A stretch of 64,000 bases of DNA from an uncultured Enterobacteriaceae bacterium (GTDB lineage Bacteria > Pseudomonadota > Gammaproteobacteria > Burkholderiales > SG8-39). The notes under the pieces were generated by a model. It was given only the letters and a program-made list of their open reading frames with translations. It was not told the DNA's origin and did no database searches. Positions within the stretch are counted from its first letter, which is position 1; each line of letters begins with the position of its first letter. The DNA lies in contig CAZMGP010000020.1 in the NCBI GenBank assembly GCA_964565875.1, forward strand, positions 2,332 through 66,331, in the 5' to 3' direction. This document shows, in pieces, positions 46,148 through 55,366 of this stretch. Both the position numbers and the translations under genes were made by a program.

Positions 46148-47089
46148 TTACAGCTCGTACAACTCGCCCTCCGCGGCGAGCGCGCGCTCGATCAGCTTGC
46201 GGTTCAGGGCCGGCGCGAACATTTCGATGAATTCGTAGGCATAGCCGCGCAGCAAGCCGCCGCGCTTCACCGCCACGCGCGTGGTGTTAGAGCCGAACAG
46301 CTGCGAGCAGTCGATCGCGCGCAGGTGCGAGTCGCGGCGCGCATCGAATGCCATCCCCGCGATGATGCCCACGCCCAGGCCGAGTTCCACGTAAGTCTTG
46401 ATCACGTCGGAGTCGATGGCGGAGAGCACGATGTCGGTGGCGATGCCGCGCGCCGCGAACGCGGCGTCGATGTGCGAGCGGCCGGCGAAGGCCGCATCGT
46501 AGGTCACCAGCGGATAGCGTGCGAGCGCTTCCAGCGTCAGTGTCCCTTGCTTGAGCAGCGGGTGCTTGGGCGGCACCACCACCACATGGCTCCAGCTATA
46601 GCCGGGCAGGGCGAGAAGCCCCGGGTGGTTGTCCAGCGCCTCGGTGGCGATGGCGATGTCGGCTGTGCCTGCGAGCGCCATTTCAGCGACCTGCGGCGGA
46701 TTGCCCTGCAGCAGCGACAAATGCACTTTAGGATAGCGGCGCTTGAACTCGCTCACCACACGCGGCAGCGAGTAGCGCGCCTGGGTATGGGTGGTGGCGA
46801 CGGTGAGCGCACCGGCGTCGCGATCGCTGAAATCCTGTGCCGCGCGCTTCAGGTTCTCGGTCTCCTGCAGCACGCGCTCGATCATCGCGAGCACCGCCCT
46901 GCCCGGCTCGGTGAGCGCGGTGATGCGCTTGCCGTGGCGCACGAAGATGTCGAAGCCGAGCTCGCTCTCCAGCTCGCGGATCTGCTTCGACACCCCGGGT
47001 TGCGAGGTGTGCAGGGCGTTGGCCGCCTCGGTGAGGTTCAGCCCGCGGCGCACGGTTTCGCGCACGTAGCGCAATTGCTGGAAATTCAT
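46148..47089 (-). CDS. cysB: LysR-family regulator CysB
   Basis: 313-aa ORF. HTH segment MNFQQLRYVRETVRRGLNLTEAANALHTSQPGVSKQIRELE. Divergent from the sulfite reductase gene. Confidence 0.88.
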   Translation of the reverse strand: MNFQQLRYVRETVRRGLNLTEAANALHTSQPGVSKQIRELESELGFDIFVRHGKRITALTEPGRAVLAMIERVLQETENLKRAAQDFSDRDAGALTVATTHTQARYSLPRVVSEFKRRYPKVHLSLLQGNPPQVAEMALAGTADIAIATEALDNHPGLLALPGYSWSHVVVVPPKHPLLKQGTLTLEALARYPLVTYDAAFAGRSHIDAAFAARGIATDIVLSAIDSDVIKTYVELGLGVGIIAGMAFDARRDSHLRAIDCSQLFGSNTTRVAVKRGGLLRGYAYEFIEMFAPALNRKLIERALAAEGELYEL

Positions 47090-47130
47090 CGTTTCGCAGT
47101 AATCGATCTTCCCCCCGCGTTGGCAAGGGC

Positions 47131-47200
47131 AAATATCATTCGGTTATATGAATATGTCTATTTATTCGTTCTTATTATAACCACAGTTTATTACGCTAGC
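47131..47200. promoter_or_regulatory. AT-rich cysB/cysI divergent control region
   Basis: A locally very AT-rich stretch (TCATTCGGTTATATGAATATGTCTATTTATTCGTTCTTATTATAACCACAGTTTATTA) in an otherwise GC-rich genome, between two divergent cys genes. Individual CysB sites were not resolved. Confidence 0.4.
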
Positions 47201-47255
47201 ACTCCCATTGGCAAATCGGGCGCCGGCCGGAGAACCGGACGGCGCGAGCGCCACC

Positions 47256-48956
47256 ATGTATATCTACGACGAAATCGACCAGCGCATTGTGGACGAGCGC
47301 GTGCGCCAGTTCCGCGACCAGACGCGGCGCCACCTCGCGGGCGAATTGTCCGAGGACGAGTTCCGCCCGCTGCGCTTGCAAAATGGCCTGTACATCCAGC
47401 GCTACGCGCCAATGCTGCGCGTGGCAATACCTTATGGACTGCTCGCTACGCGCCAGCTGCGGAAGCTCGCCCACATCGCACGCACTTACGACAAGGGTTA
47501 CGGCCACTTCTCCACGCGGCAAAACATCCAGTTCAACTGGCCCAAGCTCGAGGAAGTGCCCGACATCCTCGCGGAGCTTGCCCAAGTGCAGATGCACGCC
47601 ATCCAGACCTCGGGCAACTGCATCCGCAACACCACCACCGACCATTTCGCCGGCGTCGCAGCCGACGAAATCGTCGATTCCTTCGTCTGGTGCGAACTCA
47701 TCCGCCAGTGGTCGACCTTCCACCCGGAATTCGCCTATCTGCCGCGCAAGTTCAAAATCGCGGTGTCGGGAAGCGCCGAGGACCGCGCCGCGACCTGGGT
47801 GCACGACGTCGGGCTGCATGCGCTCAAGAACGCCGCGGGCGAAATCGGCTTTCGCGTCATCGTCGGCGGCGGCCTCGGGCGCACGCCTATCGTCGGGCAT
47901 GCGATCCGCGAGTTTCTCCCGTGGCGCCATCTGCTCACTTATCTCGAAGCGATACTGCGCGTCTACAACCGCTATGGCCGGCGCGACAACAAGTTCCGCG
48001 CGCGCATCAAGATCCTGGTGAAAGACCTGACGCCGGAAGGATTCGCGCAGAAGGTCGAGGAAGAATGGTCGCATCTCGCCGACGGGCCGTCGACCTTGAT
48101 CGAGGAAGAGCTGCGCCGCATCGAGGGCCGCTTCACGCGACCGGAATACGCCGAGCTTTCGCCCAGCGACCTGCGGATGGACGCCCGGCTCGCAACCGAG
48201 CGCGGCTTCGCCAACTGGCACAAGCGCAACGTGCATGCGCACAAGGTGCCGGGGTACGCCGCGGTCACGCTCTCGCTCAAGCGCACCGGCGTCGCGCCAG
48301 GCGACGTAAGCGCGGAGCAGATGGACGCCATCGCCGGGCTCGCCGATCGCTACAGCTTTGGCGAGCTGCGCGTCTCGCACGAGCAAAACCTGATTTTTTC
48401 CGACGTGCGCGCGTCCGATTTGTACGCGCTGTGGCAGGAGCTGAAACCGCTCGGGCTCGCTACGCCCAACATCGGGCTGCTGACCAATATCATCTCCTGC
48501 CCCGGCGGCGACTTCTGCTCGCTCGCCAACGCCAAATCGATTCCCGTGGCCGAGGCGATCCAGCGGCGCTTTGACGACCTGGACTATCTGCACGACATCG
48601 GCGAACTCGACCTCAACATTTCCGGCTGCATGAATTCCTGCGGCCACCACCACGTCGGGCACATCGGTATCCTCGGCGTGGACAAGCAGGGCGAGGAGTT
48701 CTACCAGGTATCGATCGGCGGCGCGCAAGGCGTCGACGCCTCGCTCGGCAAAGTGATCGGGCCCTCGTTCGCGCAGCACGATGTGCCCGACGTCGTCGAA
48801 CGCCTGATCGAAGTCTATCTCGAGCGGCGCGAGGGCGAGGAGGAGCGTTTCATCGACACCGTGCGCCGCATCGGCATCGAGCCATTCAAGGAATACGTTT
48901 ATGAAAAGAGTCATCTGGAATCGCAAGCTCGTCGCCGACAACTGGCAGCTGCTTGA
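47256..48956 (+). CDS. cysI: assimilatory sulfite reductase hemoprotein (nitrite/sulfite reductase family)
   Basis: ORF 47208..48956 trimmed to the MYIYDEIDQRIV start at 47256. Siroheme/4Fe-4S cysteine cluster CPGGDFC ... GCMNSCGHH. Confidence 0.9.
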   Translation: MYIYDEIDQRIVDERVRQFRDQTRRHLAGELSEDEFRPLRLQNGLYIQRYAPMLRVAIPYGLLATRQLRKLAHIARTYDKGYGHFSTRQNIQFNWPKLEEVPDILAELAQVQMHAIQTSGNCIRNTTTDHFAGVAADEIVDSFVWCELIRQWSTFHPEFAYLPRKFKIAVSGSAEDRAATWVHDVGLHALKNAAGEIGFRVIVGGGLGRTPIVGHAIREFLPWRHLLTYLEAILRVYNRYGRRDNKFRARIKILVKDLTPEGFAQKVEEEWSHLADGPSTLIEEELRRIEGRFTRPEYAELSPSDLRMDARLATERGFANWHKRNVHAHKVPGYAAVTLSLKRTGVAPGDVSAEQMDAIAGLADRYSFGELRVSHEQNLIFSDVRASDLYALWQELKPLGLATPNIGLLTNIISCPGGDFCSLANAKSIPVAEAIQRRFDDLDYLHDIGELDLNISGCMNSCGHHHVGHIGILGVDKQGEEFYQVSIGGAQGVDASLGKVIGPSFAQHDVPDVVERLIEVYLERREGEEERFIDTVRRIGIEPFKEYVYEKSHLESQARRRQLAAA

Positions 48957-49446
48957 AGACGGCACGCGCTGGTTGACGGCGGACGCCGCGGGCGGGCTGC
49001 CGGCGCTGCCGCAAGGGGAGCTGATCGTGCCGCTCGCCGTGTGGCAGGCGCGCCGTGACGAGCTGATCGCGCGCGGCGGGCGGCTGGGCGTGTGGCTCGC
49101 CGGTCACGAAGACCCGGCTGCGATCGCGGGGGAGTTCGCGCACTTCGACGTCGTCGCGGTGCATTTCCCGCAATTCGCCGACGGCCGCGGCTATTCGCTC
49201 GCGCGCCTGCTGCGCGAGCGCTACGGCTACCGCGGCGAGCTGCGCGCGGTGGGCGACATCTTGCGCGACCAGATTTTCTATCTGTCCCGCTGCGGCTTCG
49301 ATGCCTTCGCACTGCGCGCCGACCAAAAGCTCGACGTGGCGCTTGCCGCGCTCGACGACTTCAGCGAAGCCTATCAGACCGCGGTCGACCGTCCCGAACC
49401 CCTGTTTCGCCGGCGGCTCGCCGCTGCAAGCCGCGCCGCAGGCTAA
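48901..49446 (+). CDS. DUF934 domain protein (sulfite-reduction-associated)
   Basis: 181-aa ORF (KLVADNWQLLEDG ... FPQFADGRGYSLARLLRERYGY). Standard partner of beta-proteobacterial cysI. It overlaps the cysI 3' end by 56 nt. Confidence 0.8.
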   Translation: MKRVIWNRKLVADNWQLLEDGTRWLTADAAGGLPALPQGELIVPLAVWQARRDELIARGGRLGVWLAGHEDPAAIAGEFAHFDVVAVHFPQFADGRGYSLARLLRERYGYRGELRAVGDILRDQIFYLSRCGFDAFALRADQKLDVALAALDDFSEAYQTAVDRPEPLFRRRLAAASRAAG

Positions 49447-49582
49447 GCGGCGACGCGCGGCCTGAAGTAAAACACTCCGTCAATTCAATATCTTGAAGCG
49501 CGGATGCCGGCGCGCGCCGCCAGACGCATGACCCTGGTGGTATAAAGGGTTTCGCTGCGCTTGGCGACCGCCACTCGCGCGC

Positions 49583-49611
49583 TTGGCTGGGGGAACGCCA
49601 CCCTCTACAAT
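49583..49611 (+). promoter_or_regulatory. sigma70-like promoter candidate for tfoX
   Basis: TTGGCT (49583-49588), a 17-nt spacer, then TACAAT (49606-49611), about 40 nt upstream of ATG 49650. Confidence 0.35.
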
Positions 49612-49649
49612 CAGTCGTACCCGTGTAGGGCAAACCCCCGTTTCCGGAA

Positions 49650-50093
49650 ATGTCCACAGACTTCGTCGACTATGTGATGGAATTGCTCGGACCGTTCGGC
49701 ACGGTCGGAGCCCGGCGCATGTTCGGCGGGCACGGCATCTATCTGGACGGACTGATGTTCGCCATCGTCTCCGACGACATGCTCTACCTCAAGGCGGACG
49801 AAATGAATCGCAGCGAATACGAACAGGCCGGCTGCGAACTGTTCGGCTACCTGCGCAAGGGCAAGCGCGCGAGCTTGAATTTCTATCGCGCGCCGGACGA
49901 GGCGATGGAAGCGCCGGAGCGCATGCTGCCCTGGGCGCGCACCGCCTATGCGGCGGCGCTGCGCGCAAATGCGAAGAAGCAGGCCGCCGAGCAGAAGGCG
50001 TCCGAGAAGCAGGCAAAGCCGCGTGCTGCTGCAGCAGGCGCGAGCGCACGTAAGCGCCCGGCACGGCGACCGGGAGAAGCCAAGCGCAGATAG
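49650..50093 (+). CDS. TfoX/Sxy N-terminal domain protein with Lys/Ala-rich tail
   Basis: 147-aa ORF with the RRMFGGHGIYLDGLMFAIV TfoX_N motif. Confidence 0.8.
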   Translation: MSTDFVDYVMELLGPFGTVGARRMFGGHGIYLDGLMFAIVSDDMLYLKADEMNRSEYEQAGCELFGYLRKGKRASLNFYRAPDEAMEAPERMLPWARTAYAAALRANAKKQAAEQKASEKQAKPRAAAAGASARKRPARRPGEAKRR

Positions 50094-50122
50094 CGCGCGC
50101 CGGCGCGCTCAAACCGCAAGCG

Positions 50123-50785
50123 GTGGGCAAGATGAACAAGAAGAAACGCTACGCAAACCGCGAAGACCTCGGGCTCACCAAGGCTGAATTCGCCGTCCTG
50201 CGCCGGCTGTCTACGCCGGAGAAGATCCAGGCCTACTTGAACACCATCCCGCAGAACTTCGAGGTCGGCGGCCAGACCTGCCTGTCGGTGCGCGAGGCGC
50301 TCGCCCAGCGCCGCGCCCTGTGCATCGAGGGCGCGATGATCGCCGCCGCGGCGCTGTGGGTGCACGGCGAGCCGCCGCTGTTGATGGACCTCAAGGCGAG
50401 CCGCGACTACGATCACATCGTCACCCTATTCCGCCGCAACGGCTGCTGGGGCGCGATCTCCAAGACCAATCATCCGGTTCTGCGCTGGCGCGATCCCGTC
50501 TATCGCAGCCTGCGCGAGCTCGCCATGTCCTACTTTCACGAGTACTGCAACAAGCGCCACCAGAAGACGCTGCGCAGCTATTCGGCGGCGTTCGACATGC
50601 GCCGGCTCGACCCCGAGACCTGGGTGACGCAGAAGAAGAACTGCTGGGACGTGGGCTGGGCGCTCGACGCCGCGCGCCACTACCCGCTGGTCAGCAAGCG
50701 CCAGGCGAAGTTGCTGCGCCTGCGCGACCCGATCGAGCGCGAGGCGCACAAACTGCACCACCACAGGCCGCCGCGCAAGCGCTGA
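50123..50785 (+). CDS. conserved hypothetical protein (possible papain/transglutaminase-like Cys-His fold)
   Basis: 220-aa ORF with coding-like composition and no TM or signal. Candidate catalytic residues are in LCIEGAMIAA and DYDHIV. Basic C-terminal tail. Confidence 0.5.
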   Translation: MGKMNKKKRYANREDLGLTKAEFAVLRRLSTPEKIQAYLNTIPQNFEVGGQTCLSVREALAQRRALCIEGAMIAAAALWVHGEPPLLMDLKASRDYDHIVTLFRRNGCWGAISKTNHPVLRWRDPVYRSLRELAMSYFHEYCNKRHQKTLRSYSAAFDMRRLDPETWVTQKKNCWDVGWALDAARHYPLVSKRQAKLLRLRDPIEREAHKLHHHRPPRKR

Positions 50786-50899
50786 GCGCTTGCCTTCGGC
50801 TCCCCCCACGCCATCGCGCGCCGATTTCGGGCGCCGAAGCGCGAATCGCCACCCCCGAGACTAAGGGTTAGCCCTACTGCCTAGCGCGCATCGTCTCCT

Positions 50900-50905
50900 T
50901 ATAAT
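50900..50905 (+). promoter_or_regulatory. perfect TATAAT -10 box upstream of the cytochrome-porin gene
   Basis: TATAAT at 50900-50905 followed by an A9 run (50920-50928) and a GGGGGAG RBS. No good -35 hexamer is visible. Confidence 0.3.
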
Positions 50906-50943
50906 TTCCGCGGCACTTCAAAAAAAAAGGATGGGGGAGCGTC

Positions 50944-52410
50944 ATGAGCGTGCGCAATCCACAACGCGGTGTCTCGGGCGCGAAGCGCTTTGCCTCCGCC
51001 CTGCTGCTTTCAGTCGCCGCCACGCTACTCAGCGAAAGCGCCGAGGCGCTGCCGCTGTTTGCGCGGCAGACCGGGCAGGAATGCGTCGCCTGCCACGTGA
51101 GCTTTCCCGAGCTCACCAATTACGGCCGCATGTTCAAACTGACGGGCTATACCATCGGCGAGCGCACCAAGTTGCCGTTCGCGATGATGGGCATCGCCTC
51201 CGTGTCGAAAATCGCCGACAAGGGCGTGGGCGCGGGCAACGACGCCGGCCAGTATCCCAAGGACGGGCAGCTCGCACTGGAGAGCGGCAGCATTTTCTAC
51301 GGTGGCAAGATCACCGACCATCTCGGCCTGTTCGGGCAATGGACCTACAACAATCTCAATCCCAACACCGACGCGAACGGGAAGGTCAGCTTCAACGGCC
51401 ACAGCAGCGTCGACAATACCGATCTGCGCTACTCCAACCGCTTCGACATGAAGGGCAAGGAGGTGATCTACGGCTTCACCCTCAACAACAACCCCACCGC
51501 GCAGGACGTGTTCAACACCACGCCCGCGTTCGGCTTCCCCTTCCAGACCTCGAAGACCGCCGCGGGCTGGAACGTGAACCAGAGCGGCGCGGGCATCAAT
51601 GTTCCGCCCGTCGCCACCCAGCTCGAGTCGATGGGGCAACAGGTCGTCGGCCTGGGCGCCTATACCTACGTCAATCGCCAGTTGTACGGCGAACTCGCGG
51701 CCTACCGCACCGCGGACCAGCTGTTCTCGACGTTTCGCGCCGGCACCGACCGGACCGCCGACGTTTCGCTGAAAGGCTACAACCCGTATTGGCGCTTCGC
51801 CTACACGCACGACTGGGGATTGAACAACCTGGCGATCGGTACCTACGGCATGATCAGCCGCGTGAACACCGTCAATACCGATCCGAGCTCGCCTACCGAC
51901 CGCTTCCGCGACATCGGCTTCGACATCCAGTATCAGCACATCAGCGATCCCCATGCCGTCAGCACGCAGCTCAACTGGATACGCGAGAAGCAGGATTGGG
52001 ACGCCACCACCCATCTGGGCGTCGATCGGGACAACTCGACCAGCTATCTGAACACTTTCAAGGCGAAGGCCACTTACTACTATCAGCGCAAGTACGGCGC
52101 CAACATTTCGTATTTCTCTTCCACCACCTCCGCCGACTGCCTGCAATTCGCCAATGCGGGCATCACCTGCGCAGCGAACGGCGGCACGCCCGGAACCGGC
52201 GGCAATCTCACCGACAAGAACGACGCCACCGGCTACATATTCGAGCTGAACTACCTTCCGCTCCAGAACGTCCGCATCGCGCTGCAATACACCATGTTCA
52301 AGAAGCTGCAGGGCATGAGTTCGGGCTACGCGTTGGGTCCGGACGGCGTGACGCCGCGCAATCCGAAGGACAACAACCTGCTTTATCTCTACACCTGGTT
52401 CGCGTTCTGA
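50944..52410 (+). CDS. Cyc2-like fused monoheme cytochrome c / outer-membrane beta-barrel porin
   Basis: 488-aa ORF. Signal peptide ending AEA, then LPLFARQTGQECVACHVSFPELTNYGRMFKLTGYT with a single CxxCH motif. About 430 aa of alternating beta-strand-type sequence follow, ending YTWFAF (OMP C-terminal aromatic signature). Confidence 0.7.
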   Translation: MSVRNPQRGVSGAKRFASALLLSVAATLLSESAEALPLFARQTGQECVACHVSFPELTNYGRMFKLTGYTIGERTKLPFAMMGIASVSKIADKGVGAGNDAGQYPKDGQLALESGSIFYGGKITDHLGLFGQWTYNNLNPNTDANGKVSFNGHSSVDNTDLRYSNRFDMKGKEVIYGFTLNNNPTAQDVFNTTPAFGFPFQTSKTAAGWNVNQSGAGINVPPVATQLESMGQQVVGLGAYTYVNRQLYGELAAYRTADQLFSTFRAGTDRTADVSLKGYNPYWRFAYTHDWGLNNLAIGTYGMISRVNTVNTDPSSPTDRFRDIGFDIQYQHISDPHAVSTQLNWIREKQDWDATTHLGVDRDNSTSYLNTFKAKATYYYQRKYGANISYFSSTTSADCLQFANAGITCAANGGTPGTGGNLTDKNDATGYIFELNYLPLQNVRIALQYTMFKKLQGMSSGYALGPDGVTPRNPKDNNLLYLYTWFAF

Positions 52411-52464
52411 ACGCCGCCGATCGAGGCGGATGTCGGCGAGATTCGCACTAATCGAGGTCGAACG

Positions 52465-53082
52465 ATGAGAACATCCTTGAAGTTCGGGCGCGTGCTGACG
52501 GCCGTCATGACTGGCCTCATGCTTACCGGCGCTCAGGCGCAAGAACAGGACGTGAAGAAGATGGTGGTCGACGTCTGTTCCAACTGCCACGGTGTCGACG
52601 GCAACGCCACCTCGCCGATCTTTCCGAAGCTTGCCGGCCAGCACAAGGAGTATTTGCTCGCCCAACTCAAGGCCTTTCACGATCGCACGCGCAAGGAAGC
52701 CGACGCCCACGCCTATATGTGGGGCCTCACGCGCATGCTGGACAATGCCATGATGGAAAAGCTTGCGGCCTATTTCGCCGCGCAAAAACCGACCCACGGC
52801 ACGGCCGGAGATCCGCAATTGGCGGCGAAGGGAAGGCAGATCTTCGAGAACGGCATCGACGGCGAACAGGTTCCCCCTTGCGCGCAGTGCCACGGCAAGG
52901 ACGCGCAGGGCAACCAGATATTCCCGCGTCTGGCGGGGCAGCACCACGACTACTTGGTGAAGCAGATCCGCGTGTTCCACAGCGACGACCGGCCGAATAA
53001 CGCGGTCATGATGCAAGCCGTGGTGAAGGGGCTCACCGATCAGGAGGCCGACGCAGTGGCGACCTATCTCCAGGGGCTATAG
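52465..53082 (+). CDS. periplasmic dihaem cytochrome c4
   Basis: 205-aa ORF with a signal peptide and two CxxCH motifs (CSNCH, CAQCH), each followed by the c4-type PKLAGQH / PRLAGQH motif. Confidence 0.88.
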   Translation: MRTSLKFGRVLTAVMTGLMLTGAQAQEQDVKKMVVDVCSNCHGVDGNATSPIFPKLAGQHKEYLLAQLKAFHDRTRKEADAHAYMWGLTRMLDNAMMEKLAAYFAAQKPTHGTAGDPQLAAKGRQIFENGIDGEQVPPCAQCHGKDAQGNQIFPRLAGQHHDYLVKQIRVFHSDDRPNNAVMMQAVVKGLTDQEADAVATYLQGL

Positions 53083-53137
53083 CGCGCGCAGTGCACTTCC
53101 CAGGGCGAACGCTCGCTCGCCCTTGGGCCACACACCG

Positions 53138-54220
53138 CTAGTTTGACGCAATCGCCCGCGGCAGCGAGTTGTCGCGGACTGTCGCGGCGTCGCCAGTCGC
53201 TTGCGCGTCGTCCGTATTATCTAGCGCGGCGATTGCCGGCGCTTCCTGGCCGAGATCGCTCATCTGCCGGCGCACGTCCGGATCGAGCAGAGCCTGCACG
53301 ACGCTGGCCCGCAGTTTCGCGACGACGTCCGCAGCCGTCGCGCGCGGGGCCCAGATCACCTGGGAGGTCGCGGCGTAGAACCCCGGCAGGCCGGCTTCAT
53401 CCACAGTCGGAATATCCGGAGCGCTTGCCAGGCGCGACCTCGCCGTCACCGCATATGCTTTGATCGTTCCTGCGCGCAGTCCGGTCAGAGCACTCGAGGC
53501 CTGGATCAGCATCAGGTCCATTTGACCGGCAGCCAGGGCGCGAGTCGCAGAGCGGTCGTCCCGATAGGGAACCAGGTGCAGTGGGGTTCCGATGCGGTTG
53601 ACGAAGAAGATCGCGCCCATGTGCGCGGATGATCCATTGCCGGTGACGGCCATGGAAATCGTGCTCTGGTTCTGCCTCACCCAGGCGATGAGTTCTCCGA
53701 GGTCGCGCGCCGGCACGGCGGTATTGGTGACGATGAGCTGCGGATCGTCTGCGATCACGCCGAGCGCCTCGACTCCCGCGTTCGCACCGTAGGGCAGTTG
53801 GTAGAGCTTGCCGTCAACGGCGCGGGTGTTCCTGCGGGCGACGGCGATCGTGTAGCCGTCGGGAGCGGCGTGCGCGACCGAGCGTGCGCCGACATCGGTC
53901 GCGCCCAGGTTTTTCACCTGCACCTTTGTGCCCAGAATCTTGCCCATCTGGCGCGCGACGACGCGCGCCAGCTTGTCCGTCGGCGTGCTCGTTGCGGAGG
54001 GCACGAGCATCGTCACCGGGTGTTCCGGGTAGCCGTGAGCCAGCGCCGCCGAGGTGCTCGCGGTCGCCAGCACGACGGCCACCAACGATTTTGTGACTAG
54101 CGTGAATCGCCGCCGCGTCGACGCCGACTGCGCCCGGTGTAACGCAGCGCCGGTCGCCCGCCTGGCACCAGCGAAGTGCCGCGCAGTGCTCGGCGTAAAC
54201 AAGCCTTGCCATGGTTTCAT
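53138..54220 (-). CDS. Bug family tripartite tricarboxylate transporter substrate-binding protein
   Basis: ORF 53138..54250. TctC/Bug sequence (YPEHPVTMLVP, APDGYT, VPYRDD) with a Tat-like TRRRFTL leader. The start is uncertain. Confidence 0.8.
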   Translation of the reverse strand: MKPWQGLFTPSTARHFAGARRATGAALHRAQSASTRRRFTLVTKSLVAVVLATASTSAALAHGYPEHPVTMLVPSATSTPTDKLARVVARQMGKILGTKVQVKNLGATDVGARSVAHAAPDGYTIAVARRNTRAVDGKLYQLPYGANAGVEALGVIADDPQLIVTNTAVPARDLGELIAWVRQNQSTISMAVTGNGSSAHMGAIFFVNRIGTPLHLVPYRDDRSATRALAAGQMDLMLIQASSALTGLRAGTIKAYAVTARSRLASAPDIPTVDEAGLPGFYAATSQVIWAPRATAADVVAKLRASVVQALLDPDVRRQMSDLGQEAPAIAALDNTDDAQATGDAATVRDNSLPRAIASN

Positions 54221-54474
54221 TTTGTCGCTCCTCTCTTTGGAAACGACCATGCAAACGCAATAGCCATGCCATCGATTGGCTTACCGTGGATTCAGGGGCT
54301 TAGACTGGTTGGATCGATTTCGACTTCAGACGAGGCGTCGCGCGGCAGCGACAACGATTGGGCATGGCATGTTTTTTTGCATCGAAACCGCGATTTGGCT
54401 TGTCGCAAAACCACGACGCCGCAATGGGCGTCGCGCGCGCAAGCGAAGCACGAGGCGCCCTTCGCTGCGCAGCG

Positions 54475-55359
54475 CTACTCGAAAGGGATCTCGAAGATCG
54501 CCTTGACTGTCCAGCGGTCGGTCGCTTCGGTCAGACCACGTCCCACGCCCAGATTGAACACCCAGGGATTACGGTCGAAATCGAGCGCGAAATACAGCGT
54601 GTTCGATTGCTCCGCGTGCGGCAGCGTGCGGCCGAACTTTCCCCGATCGGCGTAATACTCGACGCCGAGGGCGATCCCCTGCGCGACGTCGCGTGCAAGC
54701 TTGAACGAGGGCGCGAACTCGGGTTTGCCGTCGTGCTCGGGTCCGGCGAGCGGCCACTCGAGCACCGGGTTGGTCGCGATCAGCCAGCCACCTGTGCGAT
54801 AGCCGATGATCGGGCGCAGCTCGAGCGCGTAGGTGGATTGCTCCAACTGCGGCCGGATCTGCGCGTATTCCAGATTCGCGCCGAGGAACATGCCACTCGC
54901 ACCCTCTTCCTGGCGCAGCGGCAGCCACTTCAAGCGCAGCTTCGGGCCGCCGAAATGCGTCGTCCCTGCGGCATCGCGGTCATACGGCAGGTACAGCCCC
55001 GCCTCCAGATCCCGGGTGAGCCCATAGGAGAACTCCGGCGTGACGCGCAGCCCGTGATAGGGCGTGACTTCGCCCGGAAAGTCCGGCGTGCTGCGCCCTT
55101 TTGGCGTGGTGTTGACGTGCAGCTCCAAGCCGAACTGCCCGGGACGGTTGATGTCGTCGAGGTAGACCTGGATTTCGTCCGGAAGCACGGCGCGCGCGGG
55201 TAGCGCCGCACAGGCGATCGCCGCGGCGAAGAAAATCGCCGCGAGCCGTTCGCACTTTAGCCAGTTTCTTGTTGCCGCCACGACGGCACCGCCGCTCGGA
55301 GACGAAAAGCGGCGATGATAGCGCAGGGCTTGCCGCTGCGCTGGCGCGCGGCGTAGCAA
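54475..55359 (-). CDS. outer-membrane beta-barrel protein (MetA-pathway/transporter family-like)
   Basis: Signal AAIFFAAAIACAALPARA, then EIQVYLDD ... and a terminal IFEIPFE. The true start is probably internal to the 294-aa ORF. Confidence 0.65.
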   Translation of the reverse strand: MLRRAPAQRQALRYHRRFSSPSGGAVVAATRNWLKCERLAAIFFAAAIACAALPARAVLPDEIQVYLDDINRPGQFGLELHVNTTPKGRSTPDFPGEVTPYHGLRVTPEFSYGLTRDLEAGLYLPYDRDAAGTTHFGGPKLRLKWLPLRQEEGASGMFLGANLEYAQIRPQLEQSTYALELRPIIGYRTGGWLIATNPVLEWPLAGPEHDGKPEFAPSFKLARDVAQGIALGVEYYADRGKFGRTLPHAEQSNTLYFALDFDRNPWVFNLGVGRGLTEATDRWTVKAIFEIPFE

Positions 55360-55366
55360 GGAGGGA

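Noticed and set aside
48901-48956. The 56-nt overlap between cysI and the DUF934 gene as a hidden frameshift or programmed recoding site.
   Set aside because: Both proteins read full-length with family-typical termini, and no slippery sequence is evident. A long overlap or a slightly later DUF934 start is the simpler explanation.
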